IMG/VR virus record: IMGVR_UViG_3300027908_000001
Span: 23,167 to 87,166 of that record
Direction: 5' to 3' (one strand)
Length of the DNA: 64,000 nucleotides
Source: a virus
Lineage: Duplodnaviria; Heunggongvirae; Uroviricota; Caudoviricetes
The position numbers and the translations under genes were made by a program. How positions within the stretch are numbered: position 1 is the stretch's first letter; the number at the start of each line of letters is the position of its first letter. This document shows, in pieces, positions 63,959-64,000 of the stretch. A model generated the notes under the pieces. The model worked only from the letters and a program-made list of their open reading frames with translations, ran no database searches and was not told where the DNA came from.

Positions 63959-64000
63959 AACGCCTTCATCTGCTTGTCAATCTCCGCCCGCTGCTTCTCC

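Noticed and set aside
1-64000. CRISPR arrays, tRNA/rRNA genes, integrase or attachment sites
   Set aside because: No regularly spaced direct repeats, no cloverleaf-like segments in the few intergenic gaps, and no tyrosine/serine recombinase-like ORF were seen by eye; the window cannot establish whether this is an integrated prophage or a free phage genome.

Overview
This 64-kb window reads as one contiguous stretch of a large, GC-rich (~58%) tailed-phage or prophage genome. Nearly every gene is on the minus strand, tightly packed, with many ATGA/TAATG start-stop overlaps. No rRNA, tRNA, CRISPR array, integrase, major capsid or tail genes were recognised by eye. If those genes exist, they lie outside the window.

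Reading the minus strand 5' to 3', from coordinate 64000 down to 1:
- 64.0-60.9 kb: small early or accessory genes, including a MazG-like one.
- 59987..60910: an HNH endonuclease.
- 59816..59986: an AT-rich intergenic region with a perfect 8-bp palindrome.
- 59240..59815: an HTH terminase-small-subunit-like gene.
- 57712..59247: terminase large subunit, with Walker A VRAPNGVGKS and Walker B DEAK.
- 54787..56340: a portal-like protein.
- 54.7-43.3 kb: about 30 small hypothetical genes.
- about 42.7-23.0 kb: a roughly 20-kb glycan-synthesis and modification island. It holds GT2, GT4, a GT11 alpha-1,2-fucosyltransferase (HVRRADY motif), GT25, two GT47/exostosin-like paralogues, a GT-A and a CgeB-like glycosyltransferase, two FkbM and two class-I SAM methyltransferases, a sulfotransferase, an SPFH/band-7 protein, a RyR domain, a VRR-NUC nuclease, a Tat-signal protein and an HNH endonuclease.
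- about 22.6-17.8 kb: a membrane-protein and standalone response-regulator receiver (REC) cluster.
- 14451..17699: a 1082-aa protein rich in zinc ribbons.
- 13.2-0 kb: a tandem array of giant multidomain 'polyvalent' proteins (1600, 1126 and 520 aa, plus one more partial at the window edge). They share recurring H(P/D)(R/D)xxG(E/R)F linker motifs. The 1600-aa protein carries a MuF/SPP1-gp7 head-morphogenesis domain.

The finding with the most direct sequence support: the conserved MuF HPNCRC motif is split by a 274-aa Hint/intein. Excising it restores HPN|CRC exactly. Nested antisense inside that intein is a plus-strand ORF with an HTH followed by a DUF559/Vsr-like PD-(D/E)xK endonuclease domain, a plausible opposite-strand homing endonuclease.

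Only one other plus-strand gene looks real: a 62-aa zinc-ribbon protein with a near-consensus sigma-70 promoter and an AAGGAG ribosome-binding site.

All domain calls come from motif recognition by eye. None has been checked against a database.
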